From Schizochytrium sp. TIO01 (taxonomy: Eukaryota; Protista; Bigyra: Labyrinthulomycetes): a stretch of 64,000 nt of DNA. Below the pieces are notes generated by a model. It was not told the origin of the DNA, ran no database searches, and worked only from the letters and a program-made list of their open reading frames with translations. The DNA is taken from the NCBI GenBank assembly GCA_004764695.1, contig SMSO01000035.1, forward strand, positions 3,918,040 through 3,982,039, in the 5' to 3' direction. The position numbers and the translations under genes were made by a program. Positions 58,995-64,000 of this stretch are shown here, piece by piece; within the stretch, counting starts at the first letter, position 1; every line of letters starts with the position of its first letter.

Positions 58995-59740
58995 AACGAC
59001 TATGACCAAGTCTTTGGACGGATACGGCTAGTAAATACTTAGTGAAAACAGTAGTAATGTTAAAACTTTTGTGACTGCCCCTTGACGGTATTCGACCAAT
59101 GAATGAATGAATGTGTAGGATATACATTCATTGGTTGTCATATCTCAGTTTCATTTCTAAAAAAATGGCCTTGGCACGCCAACCTCGGCGTGATATTGTT
59201 CATTGTATCGATCGTTAAACGACTATGACCAAGTCTTTGGACGGATACGGCTAGTAAATACTTAGTGAAAATAGTAGTAGTGTTAAAACTTTTGTGACTG
59301 CCCCTTGACGGTATTCTACCAAAGAATGAATGTGTAGGATATACATACATTCATTGGTTGTCATATCTCAGTTTCATTTCTAAAAAATGGCCTTGGCACG
59401 CCAACCTCGGCGATATCGTTCATTGTATCGATCGTTAAACGACGAACGACGAAGTCCCTGGACGGATTCAGCTAGTAAATACTTAGTGAAAATGGTAGTA
59501 ATGTTAAGACTTTTGTGACTGCCCCATTGACGGTATATTCTGATTGGTGTAAACCAACGATGTTAGGTACGTGTATCTCAGTTTCATTTCCGGAAAAAAT
59601 GGACGGTATTCTGATTGGTGTAAACCAACGATGTTAGGTATGTATATCTTAGTTTCATTTCCGGAAAAATGGACGGTATTCTGATTGGTGTAAACTAAAG
59701 ATGTCAGGGATGTATATCTTAGTTTCATTTCCGGAAAAAA
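58995..59740. repeat. Complex tandem array: about 220-bp unit x2.7 followed by a related ~70-bp subunit x3
   Basis: AACGAC(TATGACC)AAGTC...GCTAGTAAATACTTAGTGAAA starts at 58995, 59218 and 59438; GACGGTAT(AT)TCTGATTGGTGTAAAC...AGTTTCATTTCCGGAAAAA starts at about 59529, 59602 and 59672. Confidence 0.93.
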
Positions 59741-60814
59741 TAGCCAAGTCCAAGGTTGGCTATAACTAGTCGATACCCAGTGGAAATACTAATGATTTTA
59801 GAAATGCCATGAAGCATTCGGCCGCACATGGCTATACTGCTGTCCGCTGGGGGCACGTACAGACCGAAGGAGGGGTCTTCTACGTCAGAATCAGTCGCTT
59901 GGTCAAGACGGTATCGAGCAGAGGTCAAGACAGCGATCGATACTCAGGAGCTTTTTTCCTACAGACAAGACTTACTTGATCTGATTTGCCAAGGGGAGAA
60001 CAAGGAACTAGGAACTTTTTAAAGAGCGAATCAAGTATCTTGAAGATCCCAAACAGGCTTTGAAGTTTGGTCTCTTGCCGTGTGGTGAGTGTGGTTGCGG
60101 GCGGAGTGCTCATTATTATAAGTCTATTCTTCATTGAAATACATATGTAGTTCACCGGGGCGCATATGTACAAAGGAGTCGTCCACAGTGCTAGAGCGAG
60201 ACTCCGGGTTCACAAGACTCGACACTGGTTTCGTCGAACTCCACATCTTCTTCCTGGTGGGTGGGGCAGTGGTCGTGTGTTGAGCTGTCTATTACGAAAA
60301 GACCTAAGCTGGAACTCTGTCGGTAGCGCTTCGAGCTCCTCGTATCTTCAAGCTCATTAACGTTCCTTTTGCAACGACCACGGCGATTAACGTCTCCAGG
60401 GCTGCAAGCTGCAGAAGCACCTGCAGCAGCAGAGGCAGCAGCAGGGCTGGAAGGTCCGCCGGCGAGAGCCTTCGCACCGTCCATGGGAGCAGGCAGGTGG
60501 TCCATGGAGTCCTCACAGCTCTCGTCGCAGTACACGGCCAACTAGTTGGCCACCTTTTGCAGGTCCTTGTGCGTGTGCACGTGCACTTTCCCCAGACGGG
60601 ACAGCGTAGAGGGCGAGAAAGAGACAAAGGATGAGAGGAGGGCTGAGTAGGAGAACAATGACGGCCACGGGAGGAAAGGAGACGAGGCAGAAGAAGCAAG
60701 CAAGCAATGAGGGGATAGTACAGTAATAGACTAAGGTAAAGAGAAACAGGCTTTGTTCGATACGAAGCCAGAGAGGTGCAGTGTTGAGTAATAGAATAGT
60801 AGAAGTTGGGCAGC

Positions 60815-60818
<4 letters not shown>

Positions 60819-60857
<39 letters not shown>

Positions 60858-60858
60858 G
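60819..60858. repeat. (GA)n microsatellite
   Basis: Direct reading. Confidence 0.95.
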
Positions 60859-62712
60859 GGCGCACGTGCAGGAGGCAACGCGAGGGAGGATTGCGAACAG
60901 GTTGAGGATTGAGAGCGCAGCGGCGGAGCTGACGGAGAGGAGGGCTTGATGACTATGTGATTGGATCGCTTGGTCTGCCCTGGCTGGGAGCTAGATAGTA
61001 GGTTGCGAGATGACGCCTGACAGGCTGAGCGCGCTAATGTGAAGAGCGCGTTCGCCGCCGCGGTTAGGGGAGCCTTGCTCACGTGCTGCTCCTTGAGGTT
61101 GACTGGGACCTCGCTATTAACTGATTGATTGATTGATTGCTTGCCTCACCTCCTTCGCTGAGCTTCGTGGGAGACCTAGATGAATATGTAGATAGTGCTA
61201 TATACTATGTATTAATAGGCAGGTATCTGGGTCCAGTAATAATGGTATGGCTCCTGTTGCTAATTTCCAAGCAGGTGTGGGAGTCTAAGAGGAGGCTTTC
61301 TTCCTCTTAGCATTTTTTTCTTCTTTTTTTTTCTCCCTTCAAGTTTCATTATAGTTATTAATTCTTAATAAGTTATTAATTCTCAATCAATGATAGTGAT
61401 AACGATGAGGATGATAGTGATGCCGATGATGACAATAATGAAGGACAGTCTTTACAGTTTTACTCTGAAGGATGGTGCTTAAAAAGCGACTATAGGTCTC
61501 TTTCCCTTTTCGTTTTTAAGAAGCTCTTATAGAATACGGGAGAGCCTACAATCTCTCTTTATAAGAAACTAAACATTTCCTTTTCTTTTTTCAAATTAAG
61601 TTTGAATATTTTTAAAAAAAAATATAAAAAATTTCAATTGGAAGAGTCGCCGTTTTCATTCCTAGTCAAATCTTTCCCTTTTCTCCTTTCTCTCGGCCTT
61701 CGAGAAAAAAGATACACTGTGTCCCTGTTTATCCCAAGTTGAGAGCGAGGGAGCCTGGAGTAGATGGTTGGTTGAATGAAAACATCGATATCACCTTGAA
61801 TGAAGGCCATTGAATGATTGGATGGCTGTCAACGATAGTAAAACCTATATAAAATATTATACAATTAGCATCATTTGAATTGAACTTGTAGCTATAGTTT
61901 AAATCAAAATATTAAGTCGAACTAAAGCACAAAAAGAAACATCTTATTGCTACTGTTCTTCTTTTTCTTTCACTTAACCTTATTGCTAATGTTCTTTTCA
62001 AACTTTATGTTCTTCTTAAACTTTATGTGTTCTACTTACGGAGTACCCTCACTACTAGAAATCATGAATGCTCACATAGTTCTTACGTTGTTATTACGGA
62101 ATAGATCAAATTTAGGAACCATGATCGAAGGTTATTCTCGTCCCAATGGACAGCTACAGTGTCATTCCAAATAATTATCGTCGATTTCTCCTTTTGATAA
62201 TCAATTTTGTTCATTTACTGTGAATGTAGTCTAACCCAACTATCCAACTGGTCTATACATTTAATTGTATTTGAAACTAAAGCGCGCACTTCAGATCGTG
62301 GGGTTGCCCCACCCGACGACTATCAATATTCAAATGTAGACAAATACCAAGATGAACATTATTGCAAGTTAGCGTGAGGCGATCACCAAGAGATAGCGTA
62401 GGTAGAGAGATGAAGGAAAAGAATAGTTAGCATTAACATTCAGGAACTGTTGACAAGTTCTTCATTGTCTGTAGGGTTAGGGTTTTGGCTTGTGTACATC
62501 CTACGTGGGTGTCCCCATATACACCAGAGTGCACACCTAGCTGTTATACTTCAATAGGCTCGTCTGCCATGCTGACAAAAAAAAGAGCAAAAAACTCGCG
62601 CTTAGAACGACTAGGAATCAATATGGGAGACTCATTGGTGTTCTAGAACAGTGTTCTCAAGGGTGTTCTGGAACGGTGTTCTGTTCTTAGTTCTTATATA
62701 TTATATGAGAGT

Positions 62713-64000
62713 CTAGCTAACAGTAACGGCGACTTGACTTGAAAACTCAGTCGCTGAAATCTGAGGCGCTTGAGCTTGACTTTGACTTGACATTGCTTGG
62801 TTGGGATTTTTGATCGCATCTAGGATTAACTTTAAATGAGTAGACCCCCTTGGGCCATATTTGCCTGCCCAAAAGACCTGTAAATATGAAATATTGTAAA
62901 AGATTCCACGAATAATGTCCATCGTAAATGCCCTACGATAAAAACTTCATTCATATGTTCATCTTGAATTTCCTTGTGAGCAACTTCTTCAGCTACGTCT
63001 CTACGCCATAAAGTATAGATTAGAGTAGATACGTGATATCCGCAATCCACACCGTTTTTTTGGTTGCCTCGCCTAATCTCGATCTCCCAGTCTTCAGCTC
63101 CAAAAAGACGGATGGCATCGCCAAATACTTTCATCACGTGGCTCGGTTTGTGCAAGGTACTTAATGGGTCGTAAAAGACAACACGCGCTTGCCTTTGATT
63201 AAAATAAAGAAGCTGCCAATGACTTCCTGTACAAAACGGTAGCATAACATATTCAATGACATCTGGAATATAGATCGACCTCGCTGAGGAGCTGTCCTTT
63301 TGAAAATGGCCTCTTGGTGTGGCATTTGCAATCGCATTGCATACAGACGATATAAATAATGGTTCCGTACCTGAGCCTCATTGAAAGCTTCTGCAGCCCA
63401 TGCGGGACTTTTCAACCACAATTGGCTGAGACGTTGGCTAACCTCTGTTTCAATCCCGTGGCGTGGGGTCAAGGTCAGGCCAAATCGTATCCGTACGTCA
63501 GCAGGGCACAAACGAAGAACATCTTCACTTGTGTTACGAAACTCTTTATTGCACTTTTTACATTTATACTTTCGAGCCACGAGAAACCAATTTCCAGTCG
63601 CACTAGCAATCTCTCGGTAATTTGGTGCCCAGAAGCCATCGTCACCAGAGACACTGACAAGAGGTTCACCCAAATGCGCTTTTTGGTTGCAGTATGGACA
63701 TGGCATGCGATTGTTCTTCGACGCATACATTTTTGCTGGATGCCATAACCCAACGCTGCGCTGGTGAAAGTACTCTGGTGCAATTTGTTGACCTCTTTTT
63801 ACTTTCGGCAGTTTGGGTTTCTGGAGCCAAGTGATTGTCCCATCAGGAACAATGTCGTGCAGGGACTGGCATGTTTTGATATCCATTTTATCAAGTGTGT
63901 CTTTGCAGCTGTCGATAAATTTTTGTTGGATTAAGGTGATCGTAGTCTCGCGCTTCTCCTCATCTACATTAGCGCTTTCATTTAAGCCTTCCAGATCCTT
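62713..64000 (-). mobile_element. Degenerate DNA-transposon-like relic: DUF6729-like Cys domain followed out of frame by a Ulp1/C48 SUMO-protease domain; continues beyond the window
   Basis: 63161-63886: LWHP...CPYC...W...R.I...WFLV..KYKCKKC..F...VL...P..VR..F...LT; 62832-63245: HWQL, FYDPL, QKNGVDCG (Ulp1 His-Asp-Gln-Cys); the domains are in different frames with a further frameshift near 62940. Confidence 0.6.

Noticed and set aside
58995-59740. CRISPR-like array
   Set aside because: Whole units are duplicated with no unique spacers, there are no cas genes, and the context is eukaryotic
62295-62325. GTGGGG-TTG-CCCCAC hairpin as a Helitron 3' end
   Set aside because: No CTRR terminus at the expected distance and no Rep/helicase remnants
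62470-62486. TAGGGTTAGGGTT telomere-like motif (also AACCCTAACCCT near 39505)
   Set aside because: Only two units; compatible with chance
1-64000. tRNA, rRNA and snRNA genes
   Set aside because: No T-loop/cloverleaf, rRNA or U-snRNA signature recognised by eye; tRNAscan-SE and Infernal/Rfam would be needed to exclude them

Overview
Gene-dense eukaryotic nuclear DNA with short GT-AG introns and tetranucleotide microsatellites in the intergenic spacers. It is probably a stramenopile protist such as a thraustochytrid; this is an inference from gene content and repeat style. Positions 1-55.6 kb are mostly housekeeping and cell-biology genes: a partial coiled-coil gene, an Arg/Asp/Ser-rich protein, a BRAWNIN/UQCC6-like microprotein, a large 8xWW-PH-SH3-RasGAP-like scaffold split by a +1 frame break, a 5-exon RNI-type LRR gene, a soluble epoxide hydrolase with PTS1, a MyTH4-FERM myosin, a TARG1/DarG-type macrodomain protein, a Pol-delta-p12-like/zinc-knuckle protein, UPF2, ORMDL, SNAPC3, Tctex1, two tandem cell-surface GH114 glycosidases and an ABCF ATPase. 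Positions 56-64 kb are a decayed accessory zone: a TPR pseudogene, a nested 220/70-bp tandem array and a broken DUF6729-like + Ulp1 transposon relic. The most interesting candidate system is at 2.9-3.5 kb, where the BRAWNIN-like ORF appears to sit inside a 5'-UTR intron of the same-strand RD/RS gene, so splicing versus retention could switch between two unrelated proteins. All family calls come from motif recognition by eye; no searches were run.
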